The notes under the pieces were generated by a model. The model was given only the letters and a program-made list of their open reading frames with translations, had not been told where the DNA came from and did not search any database. The position numbers were made by a program, and so were the translations under genes. DNA of 62,934 bases, filler included, from Sluysia triapertura (Eukaryota), in assembly GCA_046118255.1 (NCBI GenBank). It is 5 parts of 5 records of this genome, joined end to end, with 100 filler letters (N's around TTAATTAATTAA, not from the genome) between each part and the next. Parts side by side here need not be neighbours in the genome. Positions count along the whole stretch, not along the records: positions 12,668 to 25,191 come from JBJNIA010101545.1; 4 more parts are not named here. One strand, given 5' to 3'. Positions 14,907 through 25,291 of the stretch are shown here, piece after piece (positions within the stretch are counted from its first letter, which is position 1; every line of letters starts with the position of its first letter).

Positions 14907-15116
14907 CTAAAGTATATAAATGTTGGAATTTCCCCTTATAAAAATGTGGATTTCCTCTACAAGTGTCCTACACAATGGGCAGTTCATATATTCTGTAGTA
15001 GTAAAATGGAAAAGATTGATTATACATTTGAAATGAAATTTATGAGAACAAGGATGTGCTTTTATGTAATGTTTATGTATAGAGTGTTGGCATATTGGAC
15101 ATCGATGGAAATACAT
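14907..15116 (-). CDS. RING-H2 (C3H2C3) zinc finger protein, putative E3 ubiquitin ligase
   Basis: CPIC-x13-CSHKFHFKC-x14-CPLC; polypyrimidine acceptor TTTTATCTTCTTTTTCAG lies 3 nt before the ATG. Confidence 0.85.
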   Translation of the reverse strand: MYFHRCPICQHSIHKHYIKAHPCSHKFHFKCIINLFHFTTTEYMNCPLCRTLVEEIHIFIRGNSNIYIL

Positions 15117-15389
15117 TGTCTGAAAAAGAAGATAAAAACATAATAAGGTAATAATATTTTAAAGTTAATTAGTTAATTAATTAACATAATAAATTATGAT
15201 CCTAATTTATGTACACGCTAAAAACTACGAGAGATATTAAACATTATTTATGTAAAGTTAGGTGACCGGTTGGACAGAAATAAAACCGTCAACATCGATC
15301 ACTCGTAACTTTTCTATATATATTGTTTAATCCTATACTTTAATTGTATGTGTCAATCTACGAGGTATTCCTATATACTTTTTATGGCT

Positions 15390-15725
15390 TCAGTCGATTC
15401 TTTAATTCCCTGTGTAGCGAAGTGAAGCTGCTTAATAATTTTAGCCTGATGTTGGATGAATATTATTATATATCTATCTTCTGATAATAAATAGTCTTTA
15501 CAAATTGTTACTGGGTATTCCGTGTTTGGTAAGACATGTATTTGTAATTCTCATATACTAAAATTGAGTCTTGCTGGGTTGATACATATATAATGTGCCT
15601 TAATATTCTTAGTTACCATAATTTGAACTTCTGTGTCGAAATTATAAAAATCCAAGTATTATGATTTGTAAATTCTCTGTGATATCCGTAATTGATATCA
15701 ATGTTAGTAAGGTGAGTAGCATCAT
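15390..15725 (-). pseudogene. Disrupted paralog 1 of the membrane accessory protein
   Basis: Manual translation MMLLTLLTLISIT...CINPARLNFSI*...NTEYPVTICKDYLLSEDRYIIIFIQHQAKIIKQLHFATQG aligns with ORF 13466-13984. Confidence 0.7.
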
Positions 15726-15814
15726 ACCCTATTATTAAATCTTATAATCCTGTTACAAGTAATAGTAATAAATAGTGAACAGCATGTAGATTATGATAAA
15801 GATTAGAAGCGCAA

Positions 15815-16312
15815 TTATAAAACATTTTGTATTTCTAACTTTTTCTTACTTACATCCTTACTTATTTTCTTACTTATATTCTTATTTAATTCGGTAGTAG
15901 TATTCGTGACTCGGTTCGTTGTAGTGGGTAATATTGTACTTACTGTTTTATTTATATACTTTTTCTTAAAAATGTTCATGAAATCTATTGTTACTGACGC
16001 CATTATCGTGGTGTATTGAATAGAGTGCTCACATTTGAAAATATCATGTATCACAGAAGGTTTCTTTATTATTAATGGCTCAAAATATATGCAATACATA
16101 TCAAAATTATAATCAGGAATCTCGTTTTTGTTATCAATTTCAGCGGTCCAAAAACTAATGAATGTATTTGAAGGAAAGAGGTTTTGTTTAATATTGGTGT
16201 AGCTTGTTAAATTTACTGAATAATTCGTCATCATAGTTGTCAATTGAAATAGAAATAGCATAAAAGTTATTATATAAAGATATTTATTATTTGCGATTGT
16301 TCTTATAAACAT
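15815..16312 (-). CDS. Putative membrane-anchored/secreted glycoprotein, unknown function
   Basis: 165 aa; hydrophobic N-terminal segment, multiple NxS/T sequons, Thr-rich stalk; hydrophobic TM-like stretch just downstream of the stop. Confidence 0.45.
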   Translation of the reverse strand: MFIRTIANNKYLYIITFMLFLFQLTTMMTNYSVNLTSYTNIKQNLFPSNTFISFWTAEIDNKNEIPDYNFDMYCIYFEPLIIKKPSVIHDIFKCEHSIQYTTIMASVTIDFMNIFKKKYINKTVSTILPTTTNRVTNTTTELNKNISKKISKDVSKKKLEIQNVL

Positions 16313-16529
16313 TATACTGCTATCACTATTGCTAATACTAATACTATTATCAGTATTATTATTATCATTATTATTATCTGATCCGATACCTGAAGTTCAA
16401 GAAACCGTGGTATCCCACCAATCGAGATTTTCCTAATTTGGCGTTGGTGATGGTGGTAATACTTGATTTAATGGAGCAATTTGATAATTTTGCGGTTGTA
16501 CTGCGGTACTGTTCTTGGCATCGGAGGTA

Positions 16530-16865
16530 AAACTAATTGTGCCTAGAGATATTTTAAGAAATCCTAATCTTCCGTGTATTACTATATTTTCTAATTTACT
16601 TAATGCATCCATTCCTAATATAATATCTTATGGGCATCTTTCCCAAACTAGTATTGTTTTAAATAGATCTACATCTAAGATTGTTAGTTGACATTGTAAT
16701 AGAATATGTGAGCCGTCTAGTGCAAATAATTGTATTCCTGCTTGTTTTAACATTAACTTCTAAAGCATTCAGTACATTATAATTAATAATAGTATTATTC
16801 GAACCTGTATCTATGACTGCTAGTACCCATCTCTGATTGAACTTAATAATCTGAACTAGATGGTT
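16530..16865 (-). pseudogene. Retropepsin-type aspartic protease (frameshifted), 3' of integrase
   Basis: Manual translation IKFNQRWVLAVIDTGSNNTII (DTG at about 16803-16811) ... CP*DIILGMDALSKL (about 16590-16630): both the catalytic and the C-terminal ILG.D motifs are present. Confidence 0.88.
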
Positions 16866-17950
16866 TGTATGTTAAAAGAAGAAGTTACACTTTTTGTAAC
16901 TTTCCTATCTCTTAAATTATATTCATTATTATGTGCCAATTTGCATCGATTTACATGCACGACAAAAGTTTCTGCATTCACATAATTAGGTTTATTTATA
17001 TATAAATTAGTGGAAGTTGTTTTCATCACTTCATAAAGTCCTTTAAATGGTTTGTGTAGTTTTGGAGAATATCCTGGTTTCGCTATTGGATAGTCTACCA
17101 ATACTTTATCTGATTTGCTTTTTGTCATAATTATCTTTATAAATTTCCTGAGTGTAATGTATTTGTAATCCAGCGCGTTTCCATATCTTGTAAATTCTCT
17201 CTCATAATAATAACATATTCAGGAGTTTCCATGTATTGAGATGAAGGTGGAATCCAGTCTAAATCTATTGGCATGTTTGAGTGTCTGCCGTACATAAGAT
17301 AGAATGGTGTAAAATTAGTAGCAGGATGTACTGAGCTTCCATACGCAAATAAGCATGGTGATATATATAAATTTCAATCTTTCTGTCTTTCGTTTACATA
17401 TGATTGTAGCATATTTATTAATATTCTATTAAATCTTTTTACCAATCCATCGGTCTGTGGCTGATACGATGATGTATATATTTTTAAAATCTTAAATATA
17501 TTTGCAACAGATATTATCGCATCACTAGTAAAATTGGTTCCCTGGTCAGTTAATAATTTTTTTGGAGTTGCGTATCTATATATATTACTTTTTCTACTAA
17601 TATTTGAGCTACAGTTTAAGCTTTTTGATTAGGTATTGGATATGTTTCTGGTCATTTTGTTAAATAATCAGCGAATATTATTATATATTTATTTCCATTT
17701 ATTGTTTCTGGCAATGGTCCCATTATATCCATTGCGGTGAATTCCGTTTAAAATAGTGGTATTGGCATAGGTCTTAATGATACAACATATAGCGCAATTC
17801 TTACACCATTCTTTAATATCTTCTTCCATTCTATCCCAATAATATTTATTTTTAATTCTTGATAATGTTTTTCTTGTTGATAAGTGTCCGCCTAATTATC
17901 CATCATGGTAGTGAATTAATAGTGGTGTTATTAAAGATTTTGGTACAATT
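16856..17950 (-). pseudogene. Integrase (HHCC, DDE core, GPY/F-like C-terminus)
   Basis: HYHDG*LGGHL...WCKNCAIC; AMDIMGPLP; LLTDQGTNF; YQPQTDGLV; TPFYLMYGR; KPFKGLYEV; stops and frameshifts present. Confidence 0.93.
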
Positions 17951-19550
17951 GTTTTCCATTCATCCTTTGAATCTCTAAAGTGTAATATACCATCTGTTAT
18001 TGATAACTTTTTAGCTTGATCTTCATTTAATAATCCCCTCACCATTGCTTCAAAAGCATATGACATTTCTTCATCTTCTCTTTGAAGTTTTATTATTTCT
18101 TTTGGCTCTTCAGATTTTCCCGAAGTTGGCATTATTTGAATAAAATTTATATTTTCTTTTTCATCATGATTTGTTAATTTTATATTTCCATCTTCATCAG
18201 TATTTGTTAATCTTGACATACAATCCGCTCCATTGTTCATTGAAAGTGGTTTATATATTATTTGTAAATCAAATTCTGCTAGCTTTGTGAACAATCTATT
18301 TAATCTACTAACTTCATCTCTATGATTGTATAAATATGTTAATGGTTTATGATCCGTATATAAAAGCACTTTCCGTCCCAATAAATAGTGTCTGAATAAT
18401 TTGCGTGCATAGACAATTGCTAAACATTCTTTTTTAATTGTTGAATAATTTAATTCAGCTTTATTTAGTCTCCTACTTGTATATGCTATTTTTTATATGC
18501 TAAATTTTATATGCTAAATTTTCTTTATTCCTTTGTCCCAGAATCGCTCCTATTGCAAAGTTACTAGCATCTGTTGTTAGTTTAAATGGTTTATTCATAT
18601 CTGGAAATATTAATACTGGTGCGGTTGTTAATCTTTTCTTTAATTCCATAAACGCTTTTGTTTGTTCTTCAGTCCATTTAAATGTTACATTCTTTTGTGT
18701 TAGCATCCTTAGTGGTCTAGCTATCTTCGCAAAATCTTTCACAAATCTTCTATAATAATTGGCTAATCCTAGAAAACTTTTAACTTTCTTAACATTATCT
18801 GGTGGTGGATATTTAACAACTTTTTCTATACTTTTAGGATTTGGTTTTATATCTGTGTGTGAAACTTTGTGTCCTAAAAAGTCAACTTGTTCTTCTGCCC
18901 ATACACATTTAGTCGGTTTAATCTTCAGTCTTGCTACTTCAAGTCTTTTGAGTGTATTATCTATATCTACAACGGAGTATCAAAATCCTTAGAAAAAATT
19001 ATTATGTCATCAATGTAAACCATTACATTCTTACAACCGGACAGTACGAAATTCATACATCTTTGAAATGTTGCCAGTGCACCTGTTAATCCAAACGGCA
19101 TTTTTTCACATTCATATAATTCATCTCCCACGAAAATGCTGTTTTTTGTTTATCTTTTTCGGCTATCTCGATTTGCCAATAACCACTCTGCAAATATTTA
19201 GCATTTTCTAGTTTATCTAACATTTAATCAATTCTTGGTAATGGAAATACATCTTTTCTTGTAATTTTGTTCAATTCTCTGAAGTCGATACAAAATCTCA
19301 TAGCTGTATCTTTTTTCTTAACTAGTAATACTGGTGACGAGAATGGAGAAAAGCTTGGTATAATTACTCCGGCCTTTTTCATTGTATCTATTTGATTTTT
19401 CATCTCTTGTTGATTGCATAATGGAATTCTGTAAGGCTTCTTTCTAATTACTTTATCTTCTATTAATGGAATTTCATGTTTCTTTATGACGGAATTTCCA
19501 ATATCATATTTATTTCTTGCAATTGCCCAAGGATATCTGTACATAATTTT
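17950..19550 (-). pseudogene. Reverse transcriptase and RNase H (Ty3/gypsy type)
   Basis: [48 protein letters not shown] (about 19003-19020), TTDASNFAIGAIL, LYTDHKPL, ADCMSR. Confidence 0.95.
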
Positions 19551-21035
19551 ATATAATGTCGTGCCAAGCTGCTTGAATATCTTCATTAGAATAGATTCCT
19601 GATTTTGGAATGTTCTTTGTAGTAGAAAATTTTAATTTTGTTTTTAATTCTGTTAAACCTATAATTTCCCGTGTTTTAACTTGACTTCGATGTGGTAGAG
19701 ATATCCAAAGATTATCATCGATTTTATATTCTGGAGCCATTACATTAGAGCAGTGTAGTGTTTTCGGTTTAAGTCTATTAGCTGGAATAATAATTCTCGT
19801 AACTGGTTCTAAATAAGTATTTATATATTACCGGTAATTCATTAGTACATTCGCTTTCTTGTCTAATTTGTACTTTCACTTCTCCCATCAACCTACCAAA
19901 TACTCCTTCTTCTGGGTTAGTTATTGCTACAGCTAATTTAGTTCTCAATATTTCTTTATTTAATTGACACTCTATCGCTATCATGGCTTGATAAACTTTT
20001 TCTAGTGACATCAGTCCTAAATGACAATAAAATTCAATTTTGTTATTAAAATACGTGTTTAATTGTAGATTCTTTGTATCTAATCCTTTTTTAACTTGTA
20101 ATATTGTCTTTTCTGATAGATATATTCCTTGATAGTTTGTTTCTATGATTTCTTGTCCACATCGAACTACTAGTTTTTTTGATAAAAAATTTTTCCATCT
20201 TCTTTCTTATTTGCCATTAGAATTGTTGGAGTTTCAATTTCATGAAGTCTTTTCCTTTCAGGTATATCTAAATTATCTTTATAAATTTGCTTTTTATTTA
20301 TTTCTTCTACTGCTAATTCATCTTCATTTTGATACATAAATCCCGAAATTAAATTAAACTTAATTTGTTTTAAGAATATTAATGAGCAGTGATATTTTTC
20401 CAATTCATATATTAGTATTGATTCACCAGAGTCACAACTTGTTTGATCGCTCCTGCAAAATGGTCTAGACATCATAGTACCTTTTTCTAAATTAAAACTT
20501 TCGTTAAAACATTTTAAACTTACTACATGTGTTTCTTGAGCTACTACGTTGTGATAAATCTTTCCTTCATATTCTATTGATCCTCTTTCGCAAGTACTGT
20601 CGATTAATACATCACCAGATGTTCTAATTTTGTAAATTATTTTCTCGTTATTTTTAATTCTTAATTTATCTCCTTTGTTTAAGCTTATGTATCCAGTTCC
20701 AAATGTATCATGACAATTGTTCGGCGATATTTTAAAGGTTTTAATATGTTCGATATATCGATAATTGAAGAGTGACTGTGATGTCCACAATACCATATTA
20801 CTGCAGATCTTTTAACTAAACATTCTCTAACTAATGTCGTAATAGATTTCCTTCTTGATAAACATTTAATACTTTCATATCTTTTATTTTGACTCTATTT
20901 GGTCTTGATTCAGGAAAATCTTCGGTATCTTATAAAGAGAACTTTCTTCCAATTTGGGGTTGGCTACAATCAAAAGCTTTTAGCATTAGTTTTATTAAAT
21001 CCGAATAATGCCAATAAAACAATTAAAAATAACAT
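19550..21035 (-). pseudogene. env-like viral fusion glycoprotein, chuvirus/Jingchuvirales-like; C-terminally truncated
   Basis: Signal peptide MLFLIVLLALFGF, KAFDC..., [65 protein letters not shown]: motif series I recall from chuviral-type glycoproteins. Confidence 0.75.
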
Positions 21036-21080
21036 ATTATTTATTGAAGTTACAAATTGAATGATCCATTTGTACTTCCC

Positions 21081-21126
<46 letters not shown>
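21081..21126. repeat. (TTA)n microsatellite
   Basis: Perfect run; explains the poly-Leu ORF 21057-21293. Confidence 0.95.
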
Positions 21127-21127
<1 letters not shown>

Positions 21128-21223
21128 TAGTCGGGTTATCGTGTTAAGTGGTTCATTTAAAATATTCTTTAAGTCCTTTATAATATTTTTCCATCCTCCT
21201 AAGTTTTCAATTAGAGTACCTAA

Positions 21224-23100
21224 TTACTTATCAGTAAAGTTTATAACCTTGTCTATTTTTTCTTTAGTTAAGAGTGTCGCTTTATTACATTGAAATATTA
21301 TGTAAGCCATTATTATTTTAAGTCTATCTCTATTGATTCCAGCATTAATTTGTTTGTTTAATATATTTTTATATTGACCATTATCTATAAAGTCACTTAA
21401 ATCCGTATTCTTATATTTTTCTTCCATAACTTTAATTATCTTGATTAATGCAGCTTTGTATTCCTTTAATTCAGGTAAAAGTGTTTTATACTTATCAAAG
21501 TTAGAAAATTTATTAGATAATAATGCGTAAATTATAGTTTTCGTACTTAAGGTTTATTCTATATTCTTGTAAGTAATTTTGGTTAAATCAATAGGTTTTC
21601 TATGTATTGGGGTTGGTATTACTGTTTCATCATCATTATCCTTAATTTTTCTAGGTCTACCTGGTTTTCTTTTAAAAGTGTTTGTTTCTTTATCTTCAGT
21701 TTCAATATGTGGATTTTTATTTAAATCTCTTACGTAATCGGGTTTATCTTCAGTATAATCATCATTGTCATTGATTATATCTATAATTTTACTTTCATTA
21801 ACTTTATTATTATTTTTATCATAATTGTCTTCCATTAATTCTCGTAGTAATGAACGTGGAGTTCTATCTAAATCAACATCGTTGTCATCATTTATTAATT
21901 CATCCAATTTTCTTAGATCATCGGAAGGCTTAGTGTGCGCCATTATAACTGCGGAAGTCATTGATGCTTCCTCATGGTTTCCATTCATTGATGGATAACC
22001 GTAAACATTTATATAATCATTAAGTAATAGTTTTCTGTCATAAAAATATAAATCAACATCATTAATATTAGAGCCATTTGACTTGAGTAATTCTATAATA
22101 TCTTTAGTAATTGAAGTAACGGGAAGTTCCATATAATATTCAAAGAGTTATTAATAATTATACTTATTCTCATTAGTTCTTTAGGGATATGTTTTCTTTC
22201 TTTTTGTCCTAATTTTCTTAATAATTTTCTTGCCTTAATCTTATATAAACTATCTTCTTTACCTAAAATAGCTAATACTAATTTTATATCATGTCCATTT
22301 TGTATACTTAATTCCGATTTTAATAAATCATTTAGATTTTCATTTAAGTCTTTGCCATGTGTTATATTAGATAAAAATTCTTCAACTTTTTGATTAACTT
22401 CTTTAGTTTCTGGGGTATTTATTTTATCATTAGCAGTTATTATTATTGATTCCGTCTCTTCTATTTCCATATCTTCTGTTGTATTTCTTCATAATCTGTT
22501 TTATTAAATATATTTTCTACTTCTTGGTCATCACTAAGTTCATTATTTGGTTGTTTTTCTTCTTGATTTGATTCTTCTTCGGTTGAACTTGATTCTATAT
22601 TTGATTTTTCCTCTATTGGAATCGATTCTGTATTTGATTCTTCTTCTATTTCATCATTACTTTCTACTGACTTATCTAAATTTGGTTTCTTCATCTTTCC
22701 TTCCCATTTGTCAATTAATTCTTGAATACTTTTATCTTCATTTGATATTACTTCTTTTATCTATTTTATTTGTTCATACTTTCCTCTGAAGGTTGTTCTA
22801 ATAATTCTCGAATTTTAACCTGAATTGGTTGGATGGTTAATCTATTTTCTTCTTTTTCTCGTTGTTCTCTTCTTTGTTTATCTTTTTGAAATTTTAAATA
22901 TCTATCATACATATAACTCATAAAAATTTCGTTTTCTTGTTTATTTTTAAATCTATTTTTTTCACAATCCAATCCAGTGATATAGAATACTCGTAACATT
23001 GCATTCTTTTCTTCATCTGAAATTAATTTAAGATATTTATCATCTTCTTCATCACTACTCGTCTCCCTTCTTCTTGGTTGTCTTCTGCTTCTGTTATCTT
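21224..23100 (-). pseudogene. Long acidic/charged ORF2 or gag extension with AT-hook
   Basis: Contiguous frameshifted ORFs 22766-22999, 22461-22694, 22093-22470, 21554-22132 and 21224-21427; E/D/K-rich; KRKPGRPRK at about 21650-21675. Confidence 0.6.
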
Positions 23101-24091
23101 CTGATTAACTTCCTACAATCTCTTGCATAATGTCCTTTCTTATTACAGTTGTCACAGATTAATTCTCCATCGATATTTGTTTGAGTCTTATTATTATTTT
23201 CATATCTTGTTGGACTTTTACTTCTATTCCTATTGAAACTAGAACTTGGTGGCCATCTCGGTGCTGGTCTCTGTTCATAATTAGAAGCAGCATAATTACT
23301 TGCTCTATTATTTTGGAATCCTCTATTATTATTATTTCCTTTATAATTGTTTGAGCTACCCCTGTAATTGTTTGAATTACCTCAAAAATTTCTGTAATTA
23401 GCATTGCCTCTATAATTATTTGAATTTCAATTATTATTATTGCCTCTACGTGGGCTATTATGTCGGTCCTGACTGTAGTTACCATCATTATATTCTTCAT
23501 AATTTCGTGAGTTAGATTTATTATCATTATAATTATTTCTTGTTAATTTCGGGATTTTGTCTCCCTTTTCTTCATTGTCGCTTATGTAATCAATATTATT
23601 CTTATTTTTTTATGCATAATTGAGAGTTCAATGCTCCTTAATATTTTAATTACTTCTTTAAAAGGTTTTCCTTCTATTAAGTTAACATAAGTTATTAATT
23701 CAGGTCGTAATCCAGTTTTTAATTTATCTTTCAATGTTAATTCTCTGTTACCATCTGGAATTTTGGCTCTAGCAACAAGGCTTTTAAGAGCGCAAGCACA
23801 TTCATATACAGATTCATTAGGTTTTTGTACTTTAGTATTGAGCATTTTTGCATAATATTTACCCATATCATCAAGGGCTATCTCTTCTGTAAATGTATTA
23901 ACGAATTCGTTCAATGTTTGTTTATTATTATCACTTATTTCTTTTATTTTCTCGGCTTCATTCCAGCCGTTAGCTTCTGCTATACTTTCGTATTCAAGTA
24001 AGAAATCTCAGAGATCTTCTTCTGCTCCGTCAACTTTTTTCATTTCAAGTAAAGACATTATTGGATGCATTTCTCTGTCTAATTGTGCCAT
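23100..24091 (-). pseudogene. gag (capsid-like plus CCHC zinc knuckle)
   Basis: MAQLD...DFLLEYESIAEANGW; KVQKPNESVYE...LKTGLRPEL; CDNCNKKGHYARDC at about 23115-23157. Confidence 0.9.
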
Positions 24092-24548
24092 ATATTCTTT
24101 AAATTCATTAGGTAAAACCATATAATTCCTTAATTTTGATCTGTAATCTTCTGAAAAAACAATTTGCTTATCTATTTTTCTTAAAGTTTACTAAATCTAT
24201 CAATAATCAACTTAGGGAGTAATAATTTTACATAAATTTATCTTAGTCTTAATACAATTATTCCAAAAATGCTTAATTCTTAATTTTAATTCTCAAATTA
24301 ATCTCTACTTAAATAATAATCCTTAAATTCTTCTTAACTACTTAATTCTTATATGAGTTATTGCAAAATTCCTTTAAATTAGTTAATTCGCCTTAAATTC
24401 TTCTTAATTCCTCTAAAAATCTTATTTCTTTCTTATATTATTTCGATACTGGTCCTCAAATTCAATTCTATAGCAAAATTCTTCTTAATCAGAATTCCTA
24501 AAAATCTTATATCTTATACTTATTTATGTTATTTATATTGTTGCAATT

Positions 24549-24564
24549 GCTCGTCTGAGCACCA
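24549..24564 (-). promoter_or_regulatory. Putative primer binding site TGGTGCTCAGACGAGC
   Basis: TGG-starting GC-rich tract 10 nt downstream of the LTR end (...CTCACA) and upstream of gag. Confidence 0.7.
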
Positions 24565-24574
24565 GTTTATTCTA

Positions 24575-25191
24575 TGTGAGAAAAGTGAAGCAAATAGAAT
24601 AGAATATAAGTATGTGAGTCCACCAACGTGCTGTACTTACCTGCTAGGGCCAGACGTTGGATTTCTTATAAGTGTCAAAGAAAAATTTAGTTTTTTCGTT
24701 AATGTCTCTTGTCTGAAGGTAGATATTTTAAAGATTTTAATTTGAGTTATTAAATAATTTGAGTTAGTTATATATTTTACGAATGATTTCCTTGTATGGA
24801 ATCAATAAATGAAAATTTACTTTCTAGAATTAAATTCTAGATTTTTTGAAAACTGTAAATACTGGTATTTTAATAGATTCTATAACTATTCAAGTTGAAA
24901 AGATCTTAATACGAAAAATTCCTTTATTATGCACAAAAATGTAAAAATTATACAAATACAGTTGATAATAATGATAAAAAAATTTACTTTAATTAACTAT
25001 TGTTAGTCAATTATCCTTAATTCAAGTTTATACATAATTTATGCATTGCGTTTATGCATTGCGGACAAATGGTTGGTAATTAGTCTATGTAAATATTATA
25101 AAATAATTAATATGATTATGTTGGGGTAAAAGGCCTAAAAAGTTCCAAGTAGTATAATTGAATATATTGAAAATGAAATTGTTAGACGGGG
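24575..25191 (-). repeat. 5' LTR of retroelement 1 (distal end uncertain)
   Basis: Ends in CA next to the PBS; homologous to the solo copy at 3130-3679; contains CAG|GTAAGT at 24635-24643. Confidence 0.75.
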
Positions 25192-25291
25192 NNNNNNNNN
25201 NNNNNNNNNNNNNNNNNNNNNNNNNNNNNNNNNNNTTAATTAATTAANNNNNNNNNNNNNNNNNNNNNNNNNNNNNNNNNNNNNNNNNNNN
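25192..25291. other. Assembly gap/linker
   Basis: N44-TTAATTAATTAA-N44. Confidence 0.98.

Larger units (their letters stand above)
12668..25191 (-). mobile_element. Retroelement 1: decayed Ty3/gypsy-type LTR element with env-like gene upstream of pol, protease after integrase and a 3' accessory region
   Basis: LTR+PBS at 24549-25191, then gag, glycoprotein, RT, RNase H, integrase, protease and small ORFs, all on the minus strand within one contig. 3' LTR not seen (contig ends). Confidence 0.85.

Noticed and set aside
21057-21293. Poly-Leu ORF (likewise poly-Tyr 27073-27411, poly-Ile 30600-30815, poly-Asn 33829-34020, and 49196-49390)
   Set aside because: Translations of AAT/TTA microsatellites or low-complexity DNA
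18759-22789. Plus-strand ORFs (18759, 20145, 22547; also 14892, 53869, 54737)
   Set aside because: Antisense shadows of minus-strand coding remnants
23159-23527. Ile-rich ORF as a separate gene
   Set aside because: Off-frame reading of the Asn/Arg-rich gag linker before the zinc knuckle
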